In this document: piece by piece, positions 28,430 to 42,300 of the stretch
Layout of the letters: each line of letters starts with the position of its first letter
How positions within the stretch are numbered: the stretch's first letter is position 1
Assembly (NCBI GenBank): GCA_964016885.1
Contig: OZ024740.1
Location: forward strand, 184,388,001-184,452,000
Origin: Eledone cirrhosa
Lineage: Eukaryota
Direction: 5' to 3'
Length of the DNA: 64,000 bases
Notes under the pieces: generated by a model
Seen by the model: the letters and a program-made list of their open reading frames with translations, nothing else
The model's database searches: none
Told to the model about the DNA's origin: nothing
Made by a program: the position numbers and the translations under genes

Positions 28430-30056
28430 ATATAAGTATATACACACATTTAAAGAGAAATTCCCTAACCATACCTTTGGGCTTTATCGAGACGATGGTC
28501 TAATACTTTCCCATACCACTATAGGCCATAAATTAGATAGATTCAAGAAAAACTTAATAAAAACCATCGCTAGTTTTAATCTGAAAATTACCATTGACAC
28601 TAACCTTTCTAATGTTAATTTTCTAGATATAAACCTAGATCTGCCTACTGCTTCTTATAAACCGTACCATAAACCTAATGAAAATTTAAAATATATAAAT
28701 AAAGGCTCTTGCGATCCTCCTATAGTTTTTAAATATCCTATCCCTAATATTAGCCGTATGATCTCCACCCTCTCTTCCTCAGAAGCTATTTTCAATAAGG
28801 TATCCGCCTACTATAATAAAGCCCTTCAAAATAGCGGATTTAGCAAACCGATTAAGCACATACCCAACAATACTAACTCCTTTAAACATAATAATAGGAA
28901 AAGAAAAATAATCTGGTTCACTCCCCCTACTCTTTAGCAGTTAAAACTAATGTAGGCAAAAATTCTTAGAGCTCTTAGATAAACATTTCCCTAGAACACA
29001 TAGATACTATAAGATCTTCAATAGAAACTGTGTAAAAATCAGCTACTCCTGCGGTCTCCCTAATAAATCTTATATCTTCAATAAGAAAATACCCAGAGAA
29101 CATAAAAATTGATCCTGTAGAGTCAAAAGTGAATGCCCATTACAAGGTAAATGCAACACCAAAGCCATTGTATATGCGGCTAAAGTGACAACTACCAGCA
29201 ACAACCTACCAGCCACCAGCGAACGATATGTGGTTATGACACAAGACAAATTCAAAACGCGTTATTACTCACATGTCGCATCTTTCCCACATCCTGAAAA
29301 CAGATTTACAACAGCTCTGGCTAGCAGAATATGGGAATTGAAAGGCCAAGGTATCCAATATAAATTAGATTGGTCAATTTTGAACCAATCTGAAGAATAT
29401 GCAAGAGGAACAAGAAGATGCGCACTCTGCATAAGTGAAACATGTTGGATGTTACAGAACCTTAAATCACCAAAAACCTGCCTAAATGCAAAAACAGAAA
29501 TTTTCAACAGTTGCCCACACATAAAATCACACTTATTTTCCAGCTCATATAAACTTAATTCACTTTCAGATACTTATCCTCCATAAATTCCTGTTCTTCA
29601 CTTTCCTTAAATTACCCTCTTTACAGACTTCTCTTTCTGATTTACTTTTATTTTTATTTTTAACCTTATTTTTACTTCACATCCACCAGTGACCCCCCCC
29701 CCTGCTTTTTCATTCACTTACTTTATATCTTCACAATTTTTCATATTTTACTTCCTCATTTCCTTTCACTACCACTTGTCACTTGCGTTTTCAACTCCAG
29801 ATATATTCTGTTGTCTCTCAGCCGCTTTTATGTATGTTTACTTGCGTATAATTTGTACTCATTTATTCATACGGCTGGTTTTTATATTGTATCTATGCGT
29901 GTGAGCGTGCAAGTGTGTGTATGCGTGTGTGTATATGTGTACGAATGCATCCGTATGTGCGCGTGTGTGTGTATATGTGTGTGTGTATGTGTGTTTTTAT
30001 ATCTATGTTTTAAATATACTTATATATATATATGTATGTGTGTGGATATGTATATG

Positions 30057-30115
<59 letters not shown>

Positions 30116-30260
30116 ATGTGTGTATGTATATGTATATATATATATATATATATATTTATAGTCGCGTTCGTGCGTGTGATTAGATGTACATATATTGCTT
30201 CGTGTGTATGTATGCGCCCTTTTGTATATATGTCCGCATGTATGTGCTTTTGTCTGTACG

Positions 30261-30321
<61 letters not shown>

Positions 30322-31100
30322 ATGTACGTAACTATGTATGTTTTCTATTTTTCTAGTGTTACTTTATAATTGATAACCCCTCGCTCATACTTTCTCTTTG
30401 ATTTAATTTTTTTATTCTCATATATTTTTTCAATTTTTCATTGTTTTAAATGTATCGACCTTCAGCCTGACATTGCTTTGACTGATACATTCCCTTCCCT
30501 GTATATATCACTTGCATGTATGTGGTTGCACGTGTGTGTGTTTATACGCGTGCTTTCATGCCAGTATGTGTATATATTTCAATCCTTAGTACCTGAGTCT
30601 GGATGTACGTTAAATCTATTATCTTACAATTTCTTTTTCAACATATATTATATACGTATTTGTGGTCACACATACACTGATATGCTTGCCCTCATATATG
30701 TACTTACGCACACATTTTTTCACTATACACATGCATTTGTACATACACACATATGTACATTTGTGAGTGATTATACACACATTTATACACATACCCTATC
30801 TATATTTCCTTATTTTATTTTTATATATATCTTGTATTACTTTTATTGATATATTTTTTTGCTCGTTAAACTTTTGCCTTTCTTGAGGAGATTTTTCAAA
30901 TATTTCACTATGTTTGAAATTGCCTTATCTGACGAACGAATGAGGACGTTTCTTGTATTCGTTTTATTCGGGAAATCTCTGGTAATGAGGTAATTATATT
31001 GTATTGTTTATTATATATTAAATTTAGCTCTAGTACTTACATAGAGCACTCCTTACTCCTATGACTTTTTCAATTTTCAACGGAAACTTCAATACTTATA
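28430..31100 (+). mobile_element. 5'-truncated Penelope-like element (Naiad-like) with microsatellite-rich 3' UTR and HHR
   Basis: GLYRDDGL (~28480), VNFLDINL, KHFPRTHRYYKIFNRNCVKISYSC, N*SCRVKSECPLQGKC, IVYAAKV..YVVMT..FKTRYYSH, RRCALCISE, LNAKTEIFNSCPH (ORF 29185-29586). Confidence 0.9.
30920..30993 (+). ncRNA. Type I hammerhead ribozyme at 3' end of PLE
   Basis: ttgccttat-CTGACGA-acgaatgaggacg...cgttttattcgg-GAAA-tctctgg-TA^atgaggtaa; predicted cleavage after 30984. Confidence 0.85.
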
Positions 31101-32213
31101 TATATATATATATATATATATATGCCACCCAGGCAGACGAGAAGAAGGACGTGTTTTTTTGCCTGCGGTATGTCACAGAATCGGATTTTCTTCTGAAGAT
31201 GCCGTTCTCATAACAACAACAAATACATAAATTACATCTTGAATTGCATGAGAGACGAGTTGAAATAATTATTATGAATTAACAATTTATGTAACGTCAG
31301 CATCTTTTTTAATGTCATTCTTATTATATATATGCTAAGAATGTGATAGCGTGGTGATATATCAACACTAAGTCAACGAAAGACCAACTAAAAGCGAAGG
31401 CATAGGCTAGTATATGTATTGCTCCCCGGTGAATTGTGATTGAGTGAGTACACTATCTTCGACCAGAACACGAAACGCTACAGTAGAAGAATATATGCAA
31501 AAGTCGCAAAATGCATTTAATATAGAGTAAGTTTTAAACACCACAACAGAACTAAAGGTATTTCTATAATTGACAAAAGGTTTTCGAAACTATTTACTTA
31601 TAGAGTGTATATATATATATGAATGGATTCGGAATGGACCTGCATAGAATATATATTTTCCCTTTCACGTTAACAATATAATCCATTTTATTTCTGCAGC
31701 ATTGGCAATCCATCTAAAATTATTTCTGATTCAACCTTAATGCTCACAGTTTGTGAAGAAAGATATATATTTCTTCACAACAGTAAGCATTAAGGTTGAA
31801 CTTTTTACAGTATTGTTGTTGTTGTTGTTGTTTTTTTAATCATAGCAAAAGGAATCATGGAATACATATTGTTAAATCTGCTACAGGGTCAATCACATTC
31901 AAGAAGGCTATTTAAAAAAAAATCTTTCTGATTTCAATTCTAACTTCTGCTGATCCCCGCCACAAGGAAATGATTTTTTCTCTCAATAAATACATTAAAT
32001 ATAAGTCGAAGTGTGAAAAACATATATGTCGTTAAATACAAAATGTTCCATGTTATTTACATTTGTAATGAATTATGCTTCAATAGTTTTATTTGCATTT
32101 TTCACAATTTCCACGGATATTAATCCTGGAATATAGACACATACAACCACACACCCTCACATATGCTCACACATACATACATATTGGTCTCTTTCTCTCT
32201 ACCTCTCTCTCTC

Positions 32214-32278
<65 letters not shown>

Positions 32279-33523
32279 ATAGGAGGGCGTTGTAGTTTTG
32301 CTTAAATCATTGAGGAATATAAAAAATGGGTAACTTTAGAAAGCTGTGACAATGCAGGTGGCTTTGGAATACTAAGGCAACAAGGTCGGAAGAGAATTGA
32401 GAGGCGTTAGGCAGATCGCAAAGTGTGGGGAAAAGAAGAAAACAAAAGGACAAGAATAATTTATTGTTACCTTAGCAATTTGGTATTTCCAAAATTTGGG
32501 ATGCATCATCCACTATCAATGAATTCGGTGGGGAAACCCTTTGGGAAATCGGGGAGTATCTTTATTGGTCGCTATTACTTGTCAACTGTCGTTGCACTAT
32601 GGATTTGGGGATGGTGTTGAAAACGCGTAAATGTAAAAATAGGGCGATATAATATATTGGTAGGTGAAACTTCAGTGCTTATTTCAATCTAGTTGAGGTT
32701 CGAGTTAACATACGAAACAAAATATGAAACTTTCGGAGAGAAACACAAGATGCAGTAAACAGAATAAGACCAAAAAGAAGAGAAGTCACAGAAAAGAAGA
32801 ACTATTATTGTTGAGGACATCACTGGATGTGTGACGGAAGAGCTTTGACGAAATAACCAACACCTAACAAAATAGCTGAAGTGAAAGTCGAAGAGTGCAT
32901 GTGTTTTAATTCGTAACATGACCATCCCCCATCATAACAGTATCTATTTCAACTCACAATTTTACATCAAGAATCATACGAAACAAATACCTATATATAA
33001 ACTATCGTTCGTTTTTGTTTTGAAATGTTTTCGTTTACATTTGAAAAGAGAAGTAAGGACCTGAAATATCATGTTGAAAGATATAGGATAAGACATTACT
33101 TTGTTTTGTTTTATTTCTCATCACTTGCCCTTTATATATATATCTACCGCATTGTACCAGCTTACGGAAAGTTAACACTCATTTATTACATATCCCACAA
33201 TGGTTCGCATTAACTATACAAAAATATAAATACTCGCATAAATACTCGTAACACCTGATAGAGTTGTAGGGGCGCCGTACAGACATATGGCTGTTCTTGG
33301 GCAGTTTAATCCTGGTGGAGCCCATCCCTCTCCAGGTCTGAGTACAGATTTCTTCCAGACAGAGGAAGAATCTACCACGGTACTAGATTGTTTCTTTTTT
33401 TATTGACTTCGAAAGAATGAAAGGTAAAGTTGATCTCGGTGGGTTTTGAACTCAGTGAGCAGAGAGCCGGAACAAATACCATAAAATATTCTATCCGACG
33501 TTCTAACGACTGCCAATTCCCCG

Positions 33524-33609
<86 letters not shown>

Positions 33610-33630
33610 CGTGTGTGTACATGCACATAC

Positions 33631-33749
<119 letters not shown>

Positions 33750-33773
33750 CGTGTGTGTGTGTGTGTGTGTGTG

Positions 33774-33910
33774 TAATAAACAATACAATATAATTACCTC
33801 ATAAATGAGGTAATTATATTGTTTATTATACATTAAATATTTACCTCTGCAACTTACATAGAGCACTCTCCATTCCTCTGACTTTTTCAACGGAAAATTC
33901 AACACCTATA
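33774..33910 (+). mobile_element. Solo pseudo-LTR tail of the 28430-31100 PLE family with short 5' fold-back
   Basis: 33805-33908 is similar to 30985-31098; 33774-33802 is the reverse complement of 30985-31013. Confidence 0.8.
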
Positions 33911-33972
33911 TATATATATATAAAATAAAGTAAAATAAAAAGTCAAATGTTTAAAATTTAGCTTCGTTTATT

Positions 33973-34027
33973 ACTGCTATATATATTTCGGTCACAGCCA
34001 TCTTTGGCTGTGACCTCTTCAGGCAGT
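33973..34027 (-). ncRNA. Type I hammerhead ribozyme
   Basis: Reverse complement: actgc-CTGAAGA-ggtcacagcc-aaagat-ggctgtgacc-GAAA-tatata-TA-gcagt; 10-bp perfect helix II. Confidence 0.9.
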
Positions 34028-34313
34028 CCGAATTAATGTGGTATAGACAAGTACATATGTTGTTGAGGTGTATAATATTGTCAATACTCTGATATGCCCA
34101 GTTACTGGTTGGGTTGTTATTTCACTGAGGAACTGGAATCATATCATAGGTATATATATTACGGATACTATTTATGGTTATCTATATATTAAAACTTTTT
34201 ATAGTTATGTATATTTTAAACCCTAAACAGTGAAGGTCAGTAATTTATTACTACCTTATTACCAGTAAGAAAAATAGCTCAATGCAATAACATCAGTTGT
34301 TCTAGAGAGCAGT

Positions 34314-36597
34314 TATATAGAATTCACAAGAATCAAAGCTATATTATACTATACTATTTTTGTACAGCAATTCAAAATAAAAATAAAAATAAAAATTAAA
34401 ATCAAAATCAAAATTCAAATACATTCGGCAGATAACACAGATAATGCAAGAGGATAGTTTGATAGTCAGGTCTAGTAGGTAGTGTATGCGTTAGTTACAC
34501 GTGGAGCATGCAAATGTGTCTCATTTTTATACTATTATTGTGTGGCAGGGTGTTACACGTAATGCAAGCACTTTAAGCGGGTAAGCAAGATTATTATGGT
34601 GGTTGTAGTGGTAAGGTATTTTTTGTATAGAACAAAAAAGTATGTGTGCAGAAAAATAAAAAGAAAAAGAAGAAGCAAAAGAAAGTTATGGTTTTCGTAT
34701 CCACCATCATTTTCACATTCAGAAAAAGTAAGTTATCGTTGCTACATCCATCACATAAGTAACGATGATTCCGTATTGAATGTTTGATGCATTAAAAAAA
34801 TATATTTTAGCGTATTGAGGATCAGTGTTATTTAATCCAAGTTTATAGAATAGGTTGATTCTGCTGCGAGAATTTACAGCGGTTTATTACCCGGAAGTAT
34901 GTGTGTAATTAAGGGGAGTTAAAACATAACCTCCTTAATAAATAATCGGAAGTGTTTGCGTCGTGCCTGCAGCGCTTCCGGCACTCCTTCAAAAACTTTA
35001 AACCAAATATATAACAATGTCGGACTTGAACCCATCACCAATTCTAACTCCACACCTCAAGGGCACACCTTACACCATAACTCCACACTCTCTGATCCAC
35101 CCTATCTCGACACAAATAATTCCATCTATCTATAACTTTATACCCTAGAAATATCCCCATAAACACCTACTTTTAATATAACTACTTTCAATTACTTATA
35201 AATATATAATGATACAATACAGTCTTTATAAACTTTAAATACTAGATACGGCAATGAATTATTTATGCATTTGTAATTAAATGTATGGAGTGATAACATT
35301 GGATATATATATAAGATTAATTTATTAACATAAGAGATCTGTCTAACTTATATGTAGGGTGCTGCAATGAATTATGTATGAATTATATATGAATTATATA
35401 TGCAAGTATAACTTGATGGATAGATTAATGACATTGTAAATGAGGGATGTATTTGTCTGCCTTAGAGATGTATTTTGTGTTGCCATGCAAACAGCCATAC
35501 GCTGCTCCATAACTTGCCAGGGGTTATGTAGACAAAATTCTAATAGGTCTCCTGATATGTTCTGAGAGTAGACTGCTTTTACAGTGAACATTGATATAAA
35601 GGTATGGCACTTTGTATGGAATATTCAATTGTAGCACTATATAATAGGGAGTAATCAACTTAATATAGATACCTTTAGTACACCGTGATAGAGTAGACTG
35701 TATTTAAAATTGGAAACTAGATATAAATGTATAACCGTCTATATAAGGGACTCAATTGAGGCGCCTTATAATATATGTTAGAACAATGAATTTAGTTATG
35801 AGATTCGACTAGTTACCTCCCCTTACGCATTAACTCCCCTTAATTACACACATACTTCCGGGTAATAAACCGATGTAAATTTTCGCAACAGAATCAACCT
35901 ATTATATAAACTTGGATTAAATAACACTGATCCTCAATACGCTAAAATAATTTATTTTAATGCATAAAACATTCAATACGGAATTATTGTCACTTATGTG
36001 ATGGATGTAGAAACTATCCCTTACTTTTTCTGAATGTGAAAATGATGGTGGATACGAAAACCATAACTTTCTTTCGCTTCTTCTTTTTCGTTTTATTTTT
36101 CTGCACACATACTTTTTTGTTCTATACAAAATATACCCTACCACTACAACCACCATAATAATCTTGCTTACCCGCTTAAAGTGCTTGCATTACGTGTAAG
36201 ACCCTGCCACACAATAATAGTATAAAATATGATACACACTTGCATGCTCCACGTGTAACTAACGCATACACTACCTACTAGACCTGACTATCAAACTATC
36301 CTCTTGCATTATCTGTGTTATCTGCCGAATGTATTTGAATTTTAATTTTGATTTTTATTTTGAATTTGATTTTGAATTTGAATTGCTGTACAAAAATAGT
36401 ATAGTATAATATATGCGACTCCACTGTACATCAATATATATATATGTATCTGTATGTCTCTTACGTTGGAAAGGAGGTCAATTATGTGTACAAACATTGA
36501 AAAATGCTCCGAACACCCCAAGCCTTGGTTTGGATGAAACAATTGTAAGTGAATAAATGCTTTGAACATAGCTTTGATTCTTGTGAATTCTGTATAT
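34314..36597. repeat. Long inverted repeat (~590-bp arms 34340-34923 / 35830-36413, ~900-bp spacer), probably a PLE 3' UTR with its inverted copy
   Basis: Mirror ORFs 34596-34787(+) and 35917-36156(-) are near-identical; extra short match 34314-34342 / 36568-36597; the left arm runs towards the HHR at 33973. Confidence 0.85.
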
Positions 36598-37223
36598 GTA
36601 TATATATGCATATACATTTGTATACATATATTCAAATGCATGTAACATCATCATCATCGTTTAACGTGCCATTTTCGACGCTTGCATGGGTTAGCGGGTT
36701 GTCACGTTATGAAACCACGTTTTGCTCATACGGAGCTGTATTTTAAATTGGTTATACAGTATCGACTGGATGTTTTCCTAGGTCATGCTCTTTCCTAACC
36801 ACCAACAACATTGAGTGCCTTGTACCTATATATAAATCTGTCATCTTCCATATATATTAAATGTTAAAACTACCGGAACCTCGTCTCCTGTGCGCTGCTT
36901 CTGACTCCCTTATTTGCCTAAATTCTCTCCCAGTCCACGGTGCTTTGTCGATCATGTACACTACTATTAAACATACATCGGAGAATATTGGTTTCATTTC
37001 ATTCAAATCTTTGAAATTCTTCAGCACATATTGCCCAGGGCTCACTTCCAAACAGCATTGCTGTTAGTACACAAACTTCATACAACCTGCCTTTCATTTT
37101 GAGAAAAACCATCTTTAACTAACAGCAGTAGCAGTTCCCTGAAAAATGTCTATCCATTGGTTTACAAATACGAATAATAGCAGTGAGTGGTTTAACTGAC
37201 GTATTACCTGTAGCTATAACTAC

Positions 37224-37292
<69 letters not shown>

Positions 37293-37299
<7 letters not shown>

Positions 37300-38421
37300 G
37301 ACAGGGGGGAAAAAAAAATGGCTTCACTTGTGCTTTCAACAAATTTATTTTCTTCACGAAATCCAAAAAGAATTGTTCTTAAAAAAAAATTATCTTATAA
37401 ATTAAGTTGTTGGTTGTTGGTTAGGTCTTAGGAGTTCTTGGTTAACGTAGGAGGTATTGTTTCGTTTTTAGAAAGACCTTTCACGCTGAGGTGCGCTTGT
37501 CAAACTGATGTGTATGTGGTGTGTTGTTCTATATATAGGGATTTAACATGTCTGTGGTGTGGTGGGGGTTTCTTTTCTCCCCCTTTAATAAGTGCATGGG
37601 TGTCGGTGTGTTGAAAAAGTGTTCATAGCAGTAATGAGTTGAGACGGTGAGTAGAGTTGGGTGGGGAGAAGTGTAGCAAGTGCGGCCTGCCAAGGTCATT
37701 CTCGAAAAATTCCTTTATTTAGGGGAAAAAGCTTTTAGCATTGCTTTTGTGTTGAGAATGGTCACAGGCAAATCGCACCTGTCAAGTTTGTGAATAATTC
37801 TTTTTTTTTTTTTTTCCTGAAGAATTTTTCTCCGTCCATCCCAAAGTTAGTCCTTTGTTCAACACACACATATGTGTTCATATACATACATACACACACG
37901 GGCATATGCAGGAATATATAGGCACACACCATCAATCACACACCCATGTACAAATACATACACAAAAACATATAGAGACACATATGAAAACACACATACA
38001 CATACGTACACACACGAATATGTACTCATACCTCCACATGGGTATATATATATACATACATACATATATATATAAACATATATATACATACATATACACA
38101 TACAAACACATACACACACACACATATATATACATATATATATATACACACACACACACACATATATATATATACACACATACATACATATACATACATA
38201 CATATACATACATATACACACATAAAGATACATAACTAAATATACATATATACACATACACGCACACATACACACACACACACACACACGTGTATACACA
38301 CACACACACACATATACATATGTCCGTATATATACCCCTCCGTTCACACATACATGCATACATACACACACATACTCACATACATCTATATATATATACA
38401 CATATAAAGAGAGAGGCATAC

Positions 38422-38475
<54 letters not shown>

Positions 38476-38722
38476 TATATATATACACACACACATACAT
38501 ACACATACATATACACATATGTACACATAAATACATACAGACACATACACACATATACACATACATATACACATACATATATATCCATATACATATATAT
38601 ACACACATACATATACACATATATATATATATGTATATATATATACACATACATACACATACACATACACATACACATACAAGTACATACATACACACAT
38701 ACATACGTACACATACATGTAC

Positions 38723-38775
<53 letters not shown>

Positions 38776-39064
38776 TACATACATATATATATATATATAT
38801 ATACACATACACACATACACACATACATATATATATATGTGCGTATACACGAGCACATAAAGACACATATACACATACACATACATATACATATATATAC
38901 ACACATATACACATACATCTACATACATACATACATATACACAAACAGAAACATACACATATGTACACACATATATACATATATGCACATACATACACAC
39001 ACATACACATATATATATAGGTACATACACATATATACACACACACATAAACATACATATCTAT

Positions 39065-39141
<77 letters not shown>

Positions 39142-39198
39142 CACACACACACATATACAAACATACACATACATACATGTACATATACACATATATAC

Positions 39199-39245
<47 letters not shown>

Positions 39246-39301
39246 TATACATATATATATACACACACACATACAAACATACACACATCCATACATATAT
39301 G

Positions 39302-39358
<57 letters not shown>

Positions 39359-42300
39359 ATACCCACATAGATATATACCCATACGTACATACATCCATAC
39401 ATCCCTACACACATATATGTGTGTGTCTCACCGTTCATTCAGATATTCATGTGTATACATAAGAAGAGGGGGGTGGGTAGTGAAATGTAATTTTACCTCC
39501 GAGTGTTAATTCATTTTTTCGTGTTCAGTAGCGGTTTAAATTTTTCAATGAAGAATTCTTCTTTATATCTGCGGAAATGTTCGTTATCCGACCATATCTT
39601 GAAGAAAGGGAAGATTGTGAATTTTCCCTTCCCGCCTGATGCAAAGTGTGCGCTACATGTGGTATTTCTGACTGTGGTGTCTTTAATCTGTTGTTTATGT
39701 ACCCGGACTCTATCATGTAATCCCGTTCCGGTTTCCCCAATGTAATACTCTTTACACTGTGGACATGTTGCGCAATATATTAGGTTTTTCGTTTTGCAGT
39801 TCATGTTAGCATTGACCTTGAAATTATCATGGTTTTTGAATGACAACTGTTTGCCCTCTTCGATGAGTTCACAGGTTCCACATCTAGGGTCCCCGCATTT
39901 CGTCACTTGCGTTGATTCCATGTTGGTCGTCAATTTTGCCTTGTTAATTAGTTTTTTAAGGTTGGGTGCTTGGCGCCTGCTATAAATTATCTGTGTGTTT
40001 TTAAGAGTGCATTCATTTTGGTAGATTGCTGTAGAATCGGGAGATACTGCTTAGCAGTTTTCACAATGTTGATGTTCCCTGGGTTGTGAGTGATGACAAA
40101 AGAGATAGCAGGGTTTTCTTTTTTATGTTGTGGGTTTGGTTTTCTCAGTGTTGTTATTGGGATGTTCTTAGCCTTGGAGACGGCTGCGTTGATGAGTTTC
40201 ATCGGGTATTCTTGTTTTTTAAGGAATTTTTTCAGGTCACATAATCTTTTTTCTTGTAGTACGGGGTGTGTTGCTATAGTGCAGATGCGCCTTGCCATGT
40301 TGAAGGGAATGTTCCTTTTCGTATGTGAGGGGTGTGCTGACCGGAAATTTAAGTATTGGTGTGTGTCAGTGGGTTTACAAAATAGGTCCGTTATGATATT
40401 TTCCCCTTCTTTAATGATGAGGATATCTAGAAAGGGCTGTTCCTTTTCGTTACATTCCATAGTGAATTGTATAGCTTCATGAAGCCTGTTTAGGATCGAA
40501 TAACATTTTTTTTTATAGGTCTGTTTGGCTTCTGTTCCAGAAGATGAAGCAGTCATCTAGGTAACGTTTCCAGTTTTTATTAATGTAGAAGGCGAAGTCG
40601 TGACTAAATGTTATCTGTAGTTGGGAATATAATTTTGCCTCTAAGTGACCCATAACGAGCGTTGCATATGTAGGGGCCACTTTGGTACCCATGGCTGTTC
40701 CTTTTATTTGTAGATAAAGTTCGTTGTCAAAGAGGAAGTGGTTGTTTTCCAATACTAATTTAAGTCCTTCCAAGATGAATTCTTTGGGGAATCTTTCTGA
40801 AATGTGACTTGAGTGTTTTGTAATCCAGAAGTCCACAGCTTCAATCCCTAGGTCGTGTGGGATGTTAGTGTACAGGCTTATTACATCAAAACTGACTAGG
40901 ATTGTATCCTGGTGTACTTTTTGGGGATATAGTTAAGGAATTCCATATCATCTCTGATGTAGCTTGGAACTTTTTTACATAGGGGTTTGAGTATGATGTC
41001 TAATAGGTTGCTTAGACGTTGTGTGCTTGAGGATGGGCCAGCAATAATGGGGCGTAATTTTAAGTCTGTCGGTTTTGGCGCTTCGATGTATGATGTATTT
41101 TTCCCTTTTATGTTGTTTTGGATTTCTATGGATTTGTGAATTTTTGGTAATCCATAGAAATTGCTGGTTTTCATTTCGAAGTTGGTTAGGTAATCTACTT
41201 CTTTTGGTGTTAGGTTGTTTTGGTACTTTGTTGTTAGTTTGCCTATTTGGTTCCTCGATTTCCTTTCTTCGTTTTTAGTGATTTTCCTGTAGAAGTTTTC
41301 GTCATTCAAGTGTGCTAGGACCATATCTTTGTAGTGGTTTGTGTCCATGATGACGATTGCTCCACCTTTGTCCGCTTCTTTTATTATTATTGAGGAATCT
41401 CTGTGTAGCTTGTTCAATGCTAGTAGTTGGTCTGTAGGGATGTTGGATTTGTGTTTCGTCTCGGCCGTATTTGTACGTGCTGATCGGCGAAGGCAGGTTA
41501 TGTATTCCTCCAGATATTTATCTCTATTTAGCGGGGGGGGGTGAAGTTCTTTTTGTTTTTTACCAGTGATTCTTCCTCGTATTGTACACCCTGGAAGAAT
41601 TCTCCTAAGCGTAATTTTCGACAGTATTCTTCTGTGTCTTTTATAACATCGGCTGTGTCTGCTTTCGGAGTGGGAGTGAACTTCAGTCCATTTTCTAACA
41701 GTTGTATTTCTGGTTGTGTTAATTTCTTGGCTGATATATTGATTATTTTTGGTTCGATTGGTTCTTTCTCGTCAGGTGCCACTTGAAAGGTGGTGCTTTT
41801 TTCTTTTTTTCTTTCATTTGGTGCGAGGCCCCTAGTCCTAAAAAATGGGGGCCATTTGGGATAGGGGTATTTCTGTTGTGGTGAAACCTTTGGCGCGCCG
41901 GAACTTCATGTCGGTAACTGGTTGGGCGATAGACTCTTGCATGGCCATTGCTGTATGGGGCTCTGGTTCTTCTGTTGATTCGTTCAGTATTCATGTGTCT
42001 TTGATTTTGTCTCCGGTGATTGTTCTTGGTGTTATGGCAATGGTTGTATCTGGTTCTGGTGTTGAGTATTGGGTCTGTATGTAGTTGTGTGTTTGGGGTT
42101 ACCCAATATCTGGTTGTTGTTGGTTTATTGTGTGTGGGTGCTTCATTTCTTGTGTTGTTGTATTTTCCTGAGTTCTGGGGTTTCCTATGGGTTTGTTTTC
42201 TGGGTTTTATTTTGTCTTTCCCATAGTTATCTTCATATTATTGAAGCCATTGAGTTCTTGACTCCAAGATTTTCTTTGATTTTAACTCCTCTCTAGTTGT

